Source of the DNA: an uncultured virus (IMG/VR IMGVR_UViG_3300027741_000038)
Taxonomy: Duplodnaviria > Heunggongvirae > Uroviricota > Caudoviricetes
Strand: one strand, 5' to 3'
DNA length: 64,000 nt
IMG/VR virus record: IMGVR_UViG_3300027741_000038
In this document: positions 26,633 through 36,269 of the stretch, piece by piece
Position numbering within the stretch: the stretch's first letter is position 1
How the letters are laid out: every line of letters begins with the position of its first letter
The notes under the pieces: generated by a model
Databases searched by the model: none
What the model was told of the DNA's origin: nothing
What the model saw: only the letters and a program-made list of their open reading frames with translations
Position numbers and translations under genes: made by a program

Positions 26633-27592
26633 TCACATAACAGCGTACTCAAAATGCGAAATTGCATTCTTTACACACTGTTTTATTTCTTCATCATTCA
26701 TGTCTCCAACATCTTTAGCAGAATGAGGATACATAATATTGTGGTCGTATTTAGCCCACAAAACATTTTTATTTTTTAATTTGTTAGCAATAGTCATACC
26801 TAAAGCTTTTCCAGCAGCATCAGCATCTGTCATTATAATAATTGTTGATGCATACTTGTTTAAATGATTTAAATTAATATCAGATATGCTTCCGCCTAAT
26901 GTAGCAACAGCATTTGGATACCCCGCCTGCCATAAACGAATAACATCAAAGCTAGATTCAACAACAATTATAGTTCCGCCTTCACGCTTTGCCCTATTTA
27001 AATTAAACATAGTTTTGTTGCGTGGAAGATTGGGACTATTCTTAAAAGACTTTCCCTCAATTGATCTACCAATTATTCCAACTGGTAGGCCGTCGGGAGA
27101 ATGCAATGGCACAGTAACCATATTCTGTCTATCTGAATACCCAAGCTTAAAGTAGTTAATCGCATCCAAAGTTATGTTGCGTGAAGCAAAATAATCTATA
27201 GCTTTAGAATTATTTATTACATCTGCGTAAAGCTTGTCTAAAGTAAGTTGTGAAAATTCTGTAAACTCTGGTTTATCATCAAGCAACTCTTTTAATCCAT
27301 CTTCAAAAGCTTCTGCTTGAGTTTGTTTATTTGCAGATATAAATCTTAAAGCCTCAAAATCATTTCTATTGGTTAACTGTTTAACCAAATCTAATACTGT
27401 TCCAGATGAATCACAATTTTGATTATAACAAATATATAAACCCTTTGAATAACTTACAGCAAAAGCTGGGGAGTCTACGTTATGATGAAATGGGCATAGG
27501 CACAAAAAGTCTGTACCAGTCTCTGAAACAATATCAATATTGCAGGAACGCAAAATAGAACGGAGATCCGCTTTACTATATGCATCTAACAT
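26633..27592 (-). CDS. dnaG: DNA primase
   Basis: CPFH zinc finger, VVESSFD, DADAAG TOPRIM, KDVGD. Confidence 0.93.
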   Translation of the reverse strand: MLDAYSKADLRSILRSCNIDIVSETGTDFLCLCPFHHNVDSPAFAVSYSKGLYICYNQNCDSSGTVLDLVKQLTNRNDFEALRFISANKQTQAEAFEDGLKELLDDKPEFTEFSQLTLDKLYADVINNSKAIDYFASRNITLDAINYFKLGYSDRQNMVTVPLHSPDGLPVGIIGRSIEGKSFKNSPNLPRNKTMFNLNRAKREGGTIIVVESSFDVIRLWQAGYPNAVATLGGSISDINLNHLNKYASTIIIMTDADAAGKALGMTIANKLKNKNVLWAKYDHNIMYPHSAKDVGDMNDEEIKQCVKNAISHFEYAVM

Positions 27593-27595
27593 TTT

Positions 27596-27877
27596 TTATC
27601 CTTTAGGTATTAAACTCTGTCCCGAGAAACCTTCATATTTCAGTGCTTTGGCTTTCCCAAGATACATGCCATACATAACCAAGTTGAAGGTATAATGATC
27701 CTTCTCCTCGTTATATTTTATATTAAATTGTGGCTGTATGTCAAGAACAGGAATATAACCTTTGTCCCGCATCTGCTGGACTAAAAGCCTTTCATAGTTC
27801 TCTTTAGAGCTTTGGAGTTTAGAATCATCAAGTATGGTTCCGCTTATCCAAAAGTCATGTATTTTTCTTGGGTACAT
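27596..27877 (-). CDS. hypothetical protein
   Basis: ORF with upstream TGGTATAAT. Confidence 0.7.
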   Translation of the reverse strand: MYPRKIHDFWISGTILDDSKLQSSKENYERLLVQQMRDKGYIPVLDIQPQFNIKYNEEKDHYTFNLVMYGMYLGKAKALKYEGFSGQSLIPKG

Positions 27878-27928
27878 GGCTGCCTAACTGTCTTGATAAT
27901 TATACCAAGTTAGCTAGGCATTACATAT

Positions 27929-29155
27929 TTAACCAATAGGGATATCGTAGACTTCTTTAACAATTCCCCGATTAAGATCCCAGTCTAAATACATTCCAAA
28001 ATCAGTTCCGTGGCGGTTCTTGCGACTTACAATCTCCATGATATTGCTATCAGGGTTTTTGTGAATTGCCATAGCCATATCAGCATCATATTCAATTGCC
28101 TTAGACCAAGCAACTTGACTTAGCATAGGTGGTGAATCATGATCTGCTACTTCTTCTGCAGTTGCTGCAGTAATATCAATAATAGGAATATTATTACTCA
28201 TTGCTAACTTCTTAAATGACTTTGAGATATTCATATTTCTTTCAGTTGGGCCCTTTGAGTTTTGATTATCAGCAAACAACTGGTGATAGTCAAGAATAAC
28301 AATGTCAGGTTTATATTGATCAATCTTTCCCTGAATAACATTTGGAGTTACTTCTCCCATTCCTTCATTTGATACTAATATAAACTGATTTTTGTCAGCA
28401 AACTTCTTTGAACCCCAGTCATCAAACTGATCTATATTAACATGTCCTCTAGCAAAGTCTGATGCCTTAAACAATCCCGACCCCATCATAGTATAGATAC
28501 GATCACGCATATTTTCAGGAGTCATTTCAAGGGATACAATCATTGGCTTAAAGCCCTGTTCCCATGCTTTGCAGGCCAAATAAGAAGAGAACCACGTCTT
28601 ACCCTTACCTGGCCAACCAATCATCACTATAAGGTGCCCTGGAGCCATTCCAGTAGGGTATGCGTAGTCAATAGCCTTAAATCCTGTCATGATTCCTGGA
28701 CTACCACCCATTGCATCTGAACGGTCTTTAATTGCCTTAAAATGTTTTTCTGCTTCTTTATAATCAGTTAAATCAACATCTCTAACATTTGCAGTAAGCT
28801 TTCCAAGAGCTGTGAGTTCTGATTGCATTTGAGCAATTACTCTACCCGAAGCTTCTGTTTTTAAACTTGCCCCCGAAGACAACAATAGGTTGCGAAGGCG
28901 GGAAGCAAGATATTCATTTTTAAGTTGATCTAGGTAATAGGCTGTCTCGCCCTTTACGCTAGTCGGTTCAAAATCTTTAAACTTTTCAGTAAGGACAGAA
29001 ACATCAGGTACAGCTTTAAACTTTAAATAGTAAGACTTTAATCCTTCCCACACATCTCTGTGCGAAGTAAAGACTTCATCAATATTTCCAGACATTACTA
29101 CGGAAATATCTTTGTTCTCACATATTGCTGTGATTACTGCTGATTCTGTATTCAT
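27929..29155 (-). CDS. dnaB: DnaB-like replicative helicase
   Basis: GWPGKGKT, SLEM, ILDYHQL, IEYDAD, KNRHG. Confidence 0.95.
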   Translation of the reverse strand: MNTESAVITAICENKDISVVMSGNIDEVFTSHRDVWEGLKSYYLKFKAVPDVSVLTEKFKDFEPTSVKGETAYYLDQLKNEYLASRLRNLLLSSGASLKTEASGRVIAQMQSELTALGKLTANVRDVDLTDYKEAEKHFKAIKDRSDAMGGSPGIMTGFKAIDYAYPTGMAPGHLIVMIGWPGKGKTWFSSYLACKAWEQGFKPMIVSLEMTPENMRDRIYTMMGSGLFKASDFARGHVNIDQFDDWGSKKFADKNQFILVSNEGMGEVTPNVIQGKIDQYKPDIVILDYHQLFADNQNSKGPTERNMNISKSFKKLAMSNNIPIIDITAATAEEVADHDSPPMLSQVAWSKAIEYDADMAMAIHKNPDSNIMEIVSRKNRHGTDFGMYLDWDLNRGIVKEVYDIPIG

Positions 29156-29477
29156 TGTCTCTTTCTTCAACCATAGTCTTTGTCTTGGCCCTAATCAATT
29201 CACGACGGGCTTTATCTTGCTCAATTTGAGTAAGAGTTAAATCTATCTTTTCAAAATTATAAAAAAACCATTGTATAGGATGACCTGGGCGACTCATCTT
29301 AAAATAATATTCTAAAAGCTCTTTGGATCTATCATACCCTATGCTATCAATAACATCTTGCATAGCCCACTTTTCACGATAACGATTTACAATTGGAGAT
29401 TTACCATAGACCTGCTTGTATAAAGCACAATAGAAACCAACTAAACCGTAGGCTAATTTTGCTTCATCTTTAGTCAT
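29118..29477 (-). CDS. hypothetical protein (possible helicase accessory)
   Basis: ORF directly upstream of dnaB. Confidence 0.65.
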   Translation of the reverse strand: MTKDEAKLAYGLVGFYCALYKQVYGKSPIVNRYREKWAMQDVIDSIGYDRSKELLEYYFKMSRPGHPIQWFFYNFEKIDLTLTQIEQDKARRELIRAKTKTMVEERDNEYRISSNHSNM

Positions 29478-29686
29478 TTTTTATTAGCCTTTAGCTCTTC
29501 CTCTATCTCGCTAACTTTTTCCATTAACTTTTTTTCTACAAAAGCATAAACCCTATTTGTGGCTTCGTCAATAGTTTCACCATTGCGTTGAAAATCTTCA
29601 ATTCCAATACCAACTTTTAAGCTTTCAAAATTACCTAGGTTACGGGTAAACTGTAAATCAACTTTAACGTTAGTCTGATTCGTCAT
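29474..29686 (-). CDS. hypothetical protein
   Basis: TRNLGNFES motif common in phage replication regions. Confidence 0.7.
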   Translation of the reverse strand: MTNQTNVKVDLQFTRNLGNFESLKVGIGIEDFQRNGETIDEATNRVYAFVEKKLMEKVSEIEEELKANKK

Positions 29687-29909
29687 TTTTTTGAATGTCT
29701 TCCTTTTCCATTAAGGCAAATCCTGGCTTAAACTTCTTATGACCTTTATCTGCTAAGTGCTGGTAAAGCATCATAAGGCGATCTGATATTGCTATCATAG
29801 CATCTAGGTCTTCTTTTTGTCCAGCCAGCTCCATTGCATACTCTAAAACCCTCATGGAAGCATCAAGTGTTTGTTTTGCTTCTTTACTTAATTTATTTTC
29901 GTTTACCAT
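29670..29909 (-). CDS. hypothetical protein
   Basis: Coupled ORF. Confidence 0.65.
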   Translation of the reverse strand: MVNENKLSKEAKQTLDASMRVLEYAMELAGQKEDLDAMIAISDRLMMLYQHLADKGHKKFKPGFALMEKEDIQKNDESD

Positions 29910-30418
29910 TCAGGTTGTTTCCAAACTGGACTAAATGTCCCATCATTGTTTTTAACATATAAAATATTTTCTTGTCTCATTATTGCTTCTATCTCTGCCC
30001 TACTTGGCATATTGCCTGGATGAACTTCTCCATCATTTCTAGGCCTGCCCCTATGAACAGTTTTAAAAAATTCATGCATTTCTCTAACATCGTCTTCACT
30101 CCAATAGTATTTGCCTGGAGTTTTTTTACCATTTAAAGAATAAACTTGTTGAGGTTTTTTTATATTACCTGCGTACAAATGTCTTTTAATTGTATCTTCA
30201 TGTCTTCCAATAATTTTACAAACTTTAGAGAGAGGGTAAGCGTTTTGCATATTATTCTTAACATCAGTTAAAACAAAAGCTACACGCTTACCCATCTCAT
30301 AATCCCAAGCGACCATTAGATCTTCTGCTCTTGATTGCCTCAAGACTTTGTAAAGCTTGGTATTTAAATAGAAATACCGTAACTTTTGTGAAGTCTTTCC
30401 TCGTTTTTTGACAGCCAT
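29903..30418 (-). CDS. HTH (MerR-like) DNA-binding protein
   Basis: LSKVCKIIGRHEDTIKR...G.I; GRPR. Confidence 0.7.
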   Translation of the reverse strand: MAVKKRGKTSQKLRYFYLNTKLYKVLRQSRAEDLMVAWDYEMGKRVAFVLTDVKNNMQNAYPLSKVCKIIGRHEDTIKRHLYAGNIKKPQQVYSLNGKKTPGKYYWSEDDVREMHEFFKTVHRGRPRNDGEVHPGNMPSRAEIEAIMRQENILYVKNNDGTFSPVWKQPEW

Positions 30419-30546
30419 GCACCAAACCTTGCGTCTCTTTTGATCATCCATCTATTCCCACACATAATGCAATAAAGCTCAACACGGATTTTTTGGGAAT
30501 AAACCCTGTCTACAAATACTCTGCCTTTGCATTTTTTACAATACAT
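30364..30546 (-). CDS. zinc-ribbon protein
   Basis: CKKCKG...CIMCG. Confidence 0.7.
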   Translation of the reverse strand: MYCKKCKGRVFVDRVYSQKIRVELYCIMCGNRWMIKRDARFGAWLSKNEERLHKSYGISI

Positions 30547-30565
30547 TATTTAGTTTTTCTTTTGC

Positions 30566-30868
30566 CTACTTAGAAGATGGCTTCTTAGCAGCGGCCTTCT
30601 TAGGCTTTGCAGCCTCGTCTAGCTTCTTGGTAACGGCTGATGTTGCAAACTGTGCAACAATACCGAAAGCAGGATCTTTCTTGTTAACATAGCGCAATGC
30701 TACTGGAACAAGTGATGCCCACAAAGAGTTTGCAACTAGCAACCACTCGTGTCCACCAAAACTTGAGATAGATACATGTGTTGTTGCTGCAACAATTGTT
30801 GCTGCTCCAATAATCTGACCTACCAAGTTACGAACATAAGATTCAATCATTGCTTGATTAATCTTCAT
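30566..30868 (-). CDS. putative holin
   Basis: Two TM segments, LRY.N..DPAFG, Lys-rich tail; AAGGAG SD. Confidence 0.65.
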   Translation of the reverse strand: MKINQAMIESYVRNLVGQIIGAATIVAATTHVSISSFGGHEWLLVANSLWASLVPVALRYVNKKDPAFGIVAQFATSAVTKKLDEAAKPKKAAAKKPSSK

Positions 30869-30934
30869 TTTTTTCTCCTTTTAGTTTGTTGGTATTGCTG
30901 GGCATTGAAACCCTTCTTTATTATAAGTTTTAGC

Positions 30935-31738
30935 TTATACCGAAAATAATTTCCCATCTACAAAACAAGTGTAGTCAGGGGAAATTTCTACTATCTGTAC
31001 ATGAGGACGTTCACCGTTCTCAATGTGAGCGATAGCAAAACCTTTTTGCCAGTTATGGTTTTGTGTATACTTCATGCCATCTGACTTTTCATCACACATA
31101 TGTCCAATTTCGTATCCACGAATTGCCCTGCCACCTGTTGCAAGTGGAAGCTCATATGTTTGAAAGTGTGAAGCAATTCTATGTGAATGACCTCTAATTA
31201 AAGAAATCTGTAGATCATCAATGTCTTTTCTTACAGCGCCTGTATCAGCGATTGAAAGTCCATGATGAACGTGAATGTCTCCAAAACGATGTTTTGGTAA
31301 TTCATTATAATAAATATATTCATAGCCCAAAGAGTCTAGGGACCAAAGTGATTCTGGTGTAACATCTGACAAGTATTCTGGAAGCTTTTTATCTAAGTAA
31401 TCAAAAATTCTAATATCGTGATTTCCAAGTGCTGAAAATAACTGTGCATCTGGAAGCATCTCTCTGGTTTTAGCATAAAAATCTCTTGCACCCTTTGCTT
31501 CATGACGAATCATTGGAACAATTAAATCTCTACTATCATCTTTATACAACTGCATAAATTCTGCAGAACGACCCTCTGTGTACTTGCTATAGCATGCTTG
31601 GTCATCTGTGTCTCCCAAATAATCTACAACATCTGGCTTAAACCACTTCATAACCTTAAACCATAATTCAATGGCTTTATCATCTTGATATGGAAATTGC
31701 TGATCAGATGATAGCATCCATTTTAAATCATTACTCAT
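30935..31738 (-). CDS. calcineurin-like metallophosphoesterase
   Basis: SD, GD..D, GNHD, HG, GHSHR. Confidence 0.85.
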   Translation of the reverse strand: MSNDLKWMLSSDQQFPYQDDKAIELWFKVMKWFKPDVVDYLGDTDDQACYSKYTEGRSAEFMQLYKDDSRDLIVPMIRHEAKGARDFYAKTREMLPDAQLFSALGNHDIRIFDYLDKKLPEYLSDVTPESLWSLDSLGYEYIYYNELPKHRFGDIHVHHGLSIADTGAVRKDIDDLQISLIRGHSHRIASHFQTYELPLATGGRAIRGYEIGHMCDEKSDGMKYTQNHNWQKGFAIAHIENGERPHVQIVEISPDYTCFVDGKLFSV

Positions 31739-31790
31739 GTAATCCCTTTCTGGGGGTTTAGTTAATTGTATCGCATGTTATTGTTTTCTG

Positions 31791-32051
31791 TCAAGCAGCG
31801 TGTGCTTTATTATGTTCTTTTCTTGAACATATAAAAAGATTAATTAATCTATTATCAGTCTTATCATTATTGATATGATGAATAGTTTCCCAATCTTCTA
31901 TAATTCTATTTAATTGTTTTTCAATTATAAGGCGGTGTTCATAATACCAACCTTTAAAATTTTTAGGATGTTCTGGTACTTTTACCAATACATATCCTTC
32001 ACGACTTATTTTCCTATCCCGCTTATTCCAAAAGCTGATAGGTATATACAT
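31791..32051 (-). CDS. HNH endonuclease
   Basis: EHR...IHHINNDKTDN...NL...H...H. Confidence 0.88.
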   Translation of the reverse strand: MYIPISFWNKRDRKISREGYVLVKVPEHPKNFKGWYYEHRLIIEKQLNRIIEDWETIHHINNDKTDNRLINLFICSRKEHNKAHAA

Positions 32052-32470
32052 TAAGAATTACTTGCTACTGCAACCCAATATAAATACATGCCCTTTGTTC
32101 CAGAAGGTGAACTAGAAACAATTGTAAAACTTGCTTCTGATGCCGTAGGCATTTTATCAATATATGCATAAGCTTTATTTCCTTTTGACGATAAAGAAAG
32201 AACGGTTCCAACTACGGTTGGAGGTTTTGAAAATGAATAATTAATTGTTACATGATTATTTTCAATTAATTTGCGACCTGATTGAAATGAAATAGCTCCA
32301 GAAGTAGTTATTGGTAAACCACTAACTGTATCATATGTAGTATCAGTATGAGTTGTTGCTTTTTGCAAACTTTCAATTTGATCTTGTTGTTGATTTACAG
32401 TATTGATTAATGCTGAAATTGTTGTATAGTCAATAACTGCATTATCTGATTGTATAATCTTATTACTCAA
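32051..32470 (-). CDS. tail-associated protein
   Basis: Coiled coil then FSKPPTVV...YWVAV beta domain. Confidence 0.6.
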   Translation of the reverse strand: MSNKIIQSDNAVIDYTTISALINTVNQQQDQIESLQKATTHTDTTYDTVSGLPITTSGAISFQSGRKLIENNHVTINYSFSKPPTVVGTVLSLSSKGNKAYAYIDKMPTASEASFTIVSSSPSGTKGMYLYWVAVASNS

Positions 32471-32861
32471 TTGGTTCTCCTTCTTGATGGACTAAAATTT
32501 CTTTTTGTCCCGCATCAACTATATCTGTATTAATCCAGTTTAGCACATCTGGATCAACTACATGTCTGCGCTTTGAATCACTTATAAGATATATTTTACC
32601 ATCAGATATATCCTTGACCAAAGATCCATCTCTAAATCCTAAAGTACCGCCAGATGTTAGTTTGTTTAAAAATCCAGCATCAATTTTTAATACTGGAAGA
32701 CACCATGATTGCATGGCTCTTTCAGAAACAAACTTAAACCTTTTATTTCCTTTTACATAGTAAAAAGAACCAGCGTTTGATCCAATCAATCCGCTGGGTA
32801 TAAAAGGTGCGTCTTTAGTTATCTGTATTGATTTTTTGTGAAAGGCTTTGAGAATATTCAT
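32463..32861 (-). CDS. hypothetical protein with two repeated beta modules
   Basis: YYVKGNKR / IYLISDSKRR repeat. Confidence 0.6.
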   Translation of the reverse strand: MNILKAFHKKSIQITKDAPFIPSGLIGSNAGSFYYVKGNKRFKFVSERAMQSWCLPVLKIDAGFLNKLTSGGTLGFRDGSLVKDISDGKIYLISDSKRRHVVDPDVLNWINTDIVDAGQKEILVHQEGEPIE

Positions 32862-32991
32862 CTGTTGCTTTCTCTTTATCAATCAACTGTGTAAGCTCTG
32901 CTCTTAAGATAGCAACTTGTGTTTCATATTGTGAAACAATTTCACCAATACGTTGTTGTAATGCTGTAATTACTAATTCTACTTTTTCCAT
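32815..32991 (-). CDS. small coiled-coil protein
   Basis: MEKVELVITALQQRIG... Confidence 0.6.
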   Translation of the reverse strand: MEKVELVITALQQRIGEIVSQYETQVAILRAELTQLIDKEKATDEYSQSLSQKINTDN

Positions 32992-33007
32992 TTTTATCTC
33001 TTTTCTA

Positions 33008-33232
33008 TTAGTTTGAAGATGTAAATTTTGCAGCTTCTTCATTAAGTGCAGATATTTGTGATTCTGCTTCAGATATATCTGCATTAAGTTTTGCTATAAT
33101 AACTGTATCTTTGTTGGTTTTTGTATTTTCTTCAAGCAAAGCTATTTCATTATTATATTTGTTATAAGAAATATTTTTAATATGAGAGTTAATTATTCCT
33201 ATTTTTTCTTCTGGTGTTAATTCTATTGTCAT
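33008..33232 (-). CDS. small coiled-coil protein
   Basis: AGGAGG SD; TTGACT/TATAAT promoter upstream. Confidence 0.7.
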   Translation of the reverse strand: MTIELTPEEKIGIINSHIKNISYNKYNNEIALLEENTKTNKDTVIIAKLNADISEAESQISALNEEAAKFTSSN

Positions 33233-33282
33233 TATTCCTCCTTTACTATTATAACCTATTTATACTATATAGTCAATTAATT

Positions 33283-33981
33283 TTAAAAAGCTTGTTTAAT
33301 TAAACTAGGATCAGTCCAAAACATTGATAATGTATATCTTATTCCTTTTGTTACTGCCCTAACCCCGTGAATTGTTTTTTCATCTCCTTTAAAAGTAATT
33401 AAAGATCCTTTTTCTGGCTTAATTGAAAAATTATCATATTGCGGAAACCAAATTTCTCCACCCTCATAATCATCATTAAGATAAATAAGTGTTGAGTAAT
33501 GTTTTGTTTGAAACCTACCAGCAAAACTTTTTAAATAATCTTTTGGTATATTATGCATTGCAAGCATTTCATAATCATGATCTATTTCATTTTCAAGAAA
33601 ATAATCTATGTGTGGAGTTTGTTCTCTGCCTATCCTCCATCTATTAATTAAATATTGTTCTTTTAATAAATTTTTTACATCAAATCTTTCTTCTGTATAA
33701 AATTGCATTTTTTTTGCTAATTCATCAAAGTATTCTTTATCAAGACTATATCTTTCAAAAAAATCTTCATTTGTAAAATTAATGCACATACCCTTCCATT
33801 GAATAATAGAAGGCCATAAAGCTGGATCTGTTTCTTTTTCTTTTGGATAATTAATATCAAAATCTAAATTCCACAAATCTTCAGAAAAAGATTTAATGTA
33901 AAGTATGTCTTCACATTCTTTATTTGTTAAAAAATTTTTTATTACTCTTATTTTTGGCTTCTCTAAATCAATTATTTCCAT
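33283..33981 (-). CDS. 2OG-Fe(II) oxygenase (prolyl-4-hydroxylase-like)
   Basis: HID...YLNDDYEGGE..F...HGV..V..G.RY. Confidence 0.88.
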   Translation of the reverse strand: MEIIDLEKPKIRVIKNFLTNKECEDILYIKSFSEDLWNLDFDINYPKEKETDPALWPSIIQWKGMCINFTNEDFFERYSLDKEYFDELAKKMQFYTEERFDVKNLLKEQYLINRWRIGREQTPHIDYFLENEIDHDYEMLAMHNIPKDYLKSFAGRFQTKHYSTLIYLNDDYEGGEIWFPQYDNFSIKPEKGSLITFKGDEKTIHGVRAVTKGIRYTLSMFWTDPSLIKQAF

Positions 33982-33982
33982 T

Positions 33983-34216
33983 TTACCATTTTCCAATTGG
34001 GCAAGTTGCATTTAAAAGTTTTGTTTTTGCTTTCATAAAACATGCACATTTTTTACATTGTTTTGTTATTTGAATTAATTCTGGACATGCTTTACATATA
34101 TTAAGCCTATTTGTAGCATCTTTTTCAGATACAGTATCTATATTTAAATTAACAATATCCCAAGGTCTTGTTTCACCTAAATTTTCTTTATACTCTTGCC
34201 ATTTACTTTTACTCAT
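33983..34216 (-). CDS. Cys-rich small protein
   Basis: R..ICKACP...QCKKCACFM..K......CPIGKW. Confidence 0.75.
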   Translation of the reverse strand: MSKSKWQEYKENLGETRPWDIVNLNIDTVSEKDATNRLNICKACPELIQITKQCKKCACFMKAKTKLLNATCPIGKW

Positions 34217-34436
34217 TTACTACAGGAGCCTTAAATTCTTCGCCATCCCATGTCCATCCGCTAGCTTCTGGAAAAAGCTCCATGTCTGTAGCATCTATTA
34301 CAATAGGATTACTGGATAATGCAGCATTTACCATTTCTATCCTTGGAACGCCTTTTGATGGAAATCTAAGGTAGCATGCCAGTTCCCCTTCAACTATCAA
34401 AGCATATACTTTAAGTGGGCCATATTCTTCATTCAT
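34209..34436 (-). CDS. tail fibre-associated small protein
   Basis: GWTWDGEEF motif; downstream of fibre gene. Confidence 0.6.
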   Translation of the reverse strand: MNEEYGPLKVYALIVEGELACYLRFPSKGVPRIEMVNAALSSNPIVIDATDMELFPEASGWTWDGEEFKAPVVNE

Positions 34437-34484
34437 AATAACTCCTTTTTTGTTTATTATACATTATTAAGTTTAATCTGTCTA

Positions 34485-36257
34485 CTAACAGTATGTTGAA
34501 GCGTATACACAATTACAACCCGAATCGTATACATAAAAATCAATACACCCTCCAGAAAATACTGCATTACATATTGTATCTGGCGTACAGCCAGACGGAG
34601 GTGTAGACGGAGGTGTAGACGGAGGTGTAGACGGAGGTGTAGACGGAGGTGTAGACGGAGGTGTAGAAACAGTAGATCTTGTTCCAGTAACTCCATTTGT
34701 TTGATATGGATACCAATTAGATACTCCATAAGAATTATATCCTCTAACCCAATACCATCTGGTATTTCCTGACCCAATTGTTGTATCTAAATAAGGAGAT
34801 GATTGATTTGAAAAATCTGGAGATGCTAAATTTGAAGGATAAGCTGTGGATGTAAGATTCCAAAATATATCATAACCTGTAGCATTTGTAGAACCGCTGA
34901 ATGTTAATTCAACTCCATCAGTTCTAGTAGTTGTTGCAGATAAAGATGTTGGAATTGTAGGAAGATTTGATAGTCTGGTGCCAGTTACTCCAGGGGTTCC
35001 CCCTGGGTACCACGAGCTGGTGCCGTCAGAATTTTTACCTCTTACCCAGTATTCTCTTGATGCGGTTGTTGTGGGAGATCCAATACTTGTATCTAAATAC
35101 GGTGAGCTAACTCCAGCAAAATCTGGCGTTGAAGAATTAGTTGGAGCAAGGCCCCCAACTATATTCCACCAAATATCATAACTTGTTGCATTTGAAGAAC
35201 CACTAAATGTTAAATTGACGCCATCTGATCTATTTGTTGTTGCAGATAATGATGTTGGAGTAGTTGGAAGTGATACAGCTGTAGTTATATTAATAAAGTT
35301 TGAATACGCTCCGCTACTTGATCCACTTGCATTATTGGCTGTAACCACACAATATATATCATATCCAACATACGTAGAGCTTGAAGTGTAGCTACTACTA
35401 TTTGCACCACTAATAGTTGTATACTCACTGTATGGTGGGTATGGCAAAGACCTATAATACCCCCATTGGTAACTATATGAAGTTGGAGAGTTAGTCCAAG
35501 AACCATTATTTGTTACTGAGTATAAATAAGAAGATGAAGAATATCTAGCTATTGTTGGTGATGAAACAAGTGTTGGCACTGTTGATTTTGATGATGTTAC
35601 TGAACCATTACCACTATCATTATAATTTGTATAAGTATATTTTGCAGTTAAAGTAATAGAGCTTGTATCTGAAATAGCAACAGTTATTGGTAAATTAGAT
35701 CCGCTTGGGGTTCCCGCCGTTGCTGTAGCTACTCCACTATTGCTAACAGATAAAGTGTAGCTATAATTAGAGTTATAATTTGTTATAGTAACGTTATATC
35801 CTGTAGAAGTTGGAGTTGGTGTATTAAATGTAGGAGTTGGTAGCGTTAATTTTGTACTACCAGTGACGGGGGTTCCAAATGTTGATGTTACTGAATTATA
35901 AGGAGTTATTCTCCAATATATTGGAGAATTGCTACTATTTAAGCTGTAAGACGAAGAAGTTGTTGATCCACCATTTGTTCCTTGATAAACAGTTGTTCCA
36001 TATGATATTGAAGTTCCATATTCAATTTTTACTGATGTTGTGTTTGCACCAAACGATATTGTCCAAGTTACTGTATTTAAGTTAGATGATGTTGATATAG
36101 ATGGAGTTCCAGGAGTTAAAGCGGTAGTAAAAAATTGCTTCCAAATTCCATTAACATTTACCCATCCAGCATATACGGTCTTCCAAACACCCTGTACATT
36201 TACCCATATATTTGAAATGCTTTTCCAATTTCCATTAACATTTACCCATTGTGCCAT
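34485..36257 (-). CDS. tail fibre/receptor-binding protein with FN3/Ig-like domains
   Basis: Three WVNV.G.WK repeats, Ser/Thr-rich Ig domains, duplicated FN3, TPPS repeats, Cys-rich tip. Confidence 0.8.
   Translation of the reverse strand: MAQWVNVNGNWKSISNIWVNVQGVWKTVYAGWVNVNGIWKQFFTTALTPGTPSISTSSNLNTVTWTISFGANTTSVKIEYGTSISYGTTVYQGTNGGSTTSSSYSLNSSNSPIYWRITPYNSVTSTFGTPVTGSTKLTLPTPTFNTPTPTSTGYNVTITNYNSNYSYTLSVSNSGVATATAGTPSGSNLPITVAISDTSSITLTAKYTYTNYNDSGNGSVTSSKSTVPTLVSSPTIARYSSSSYLYSVTNNGSWTNSPTSYSYQWGYYRSLPYPPYSEYTTISGANSSSYTSSSTYVGYDIYCVVTANNASGSSSGAYSNFINITTAVSLPTTPTSLSATTNRSDGVNLTFSGSSNATSYDIWWNIVGGLAPTNSSTPDFAGVSSPYLDTSIGSPTTTASREYWVRGKNSDGTSSWYPGGTPGVTGTRLSNLPTIPTSLSATTTRTDGVELTFSGSTNATGYDIFWNLTSTAYPSNLASPDFSNQSSPYLDTTIGSGNTRWYWVRGYNSYGVSNWYPYQTNGVTGTRSTVSTPPSTPPSTPPSTPPSTPPSTPPSGCTPDTICNAVFSGGCIDFYVYDSGCNCVYASTYC
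34593..34664 (-). repeat. six perfect 12-bp tandem repeats encoding (TPPS)6
   Basis: agacggaggtgt x6 on plus strand. Confidence 0.95.
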
Positions 36258-36269
36258 ATTAAATATCCC

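Noticed and set aside
13641..29155. Inteins or introns in terL, recA, dnaE, dnaB
   Set aside because: Normal lengths, uninterrupted frames, no splice-junction or LAGLIDADG motifs seen
34457..34777. LHLR-repeat ORF
   Set aside because: Alternative frame of the TPPS repeat in the fibre gene
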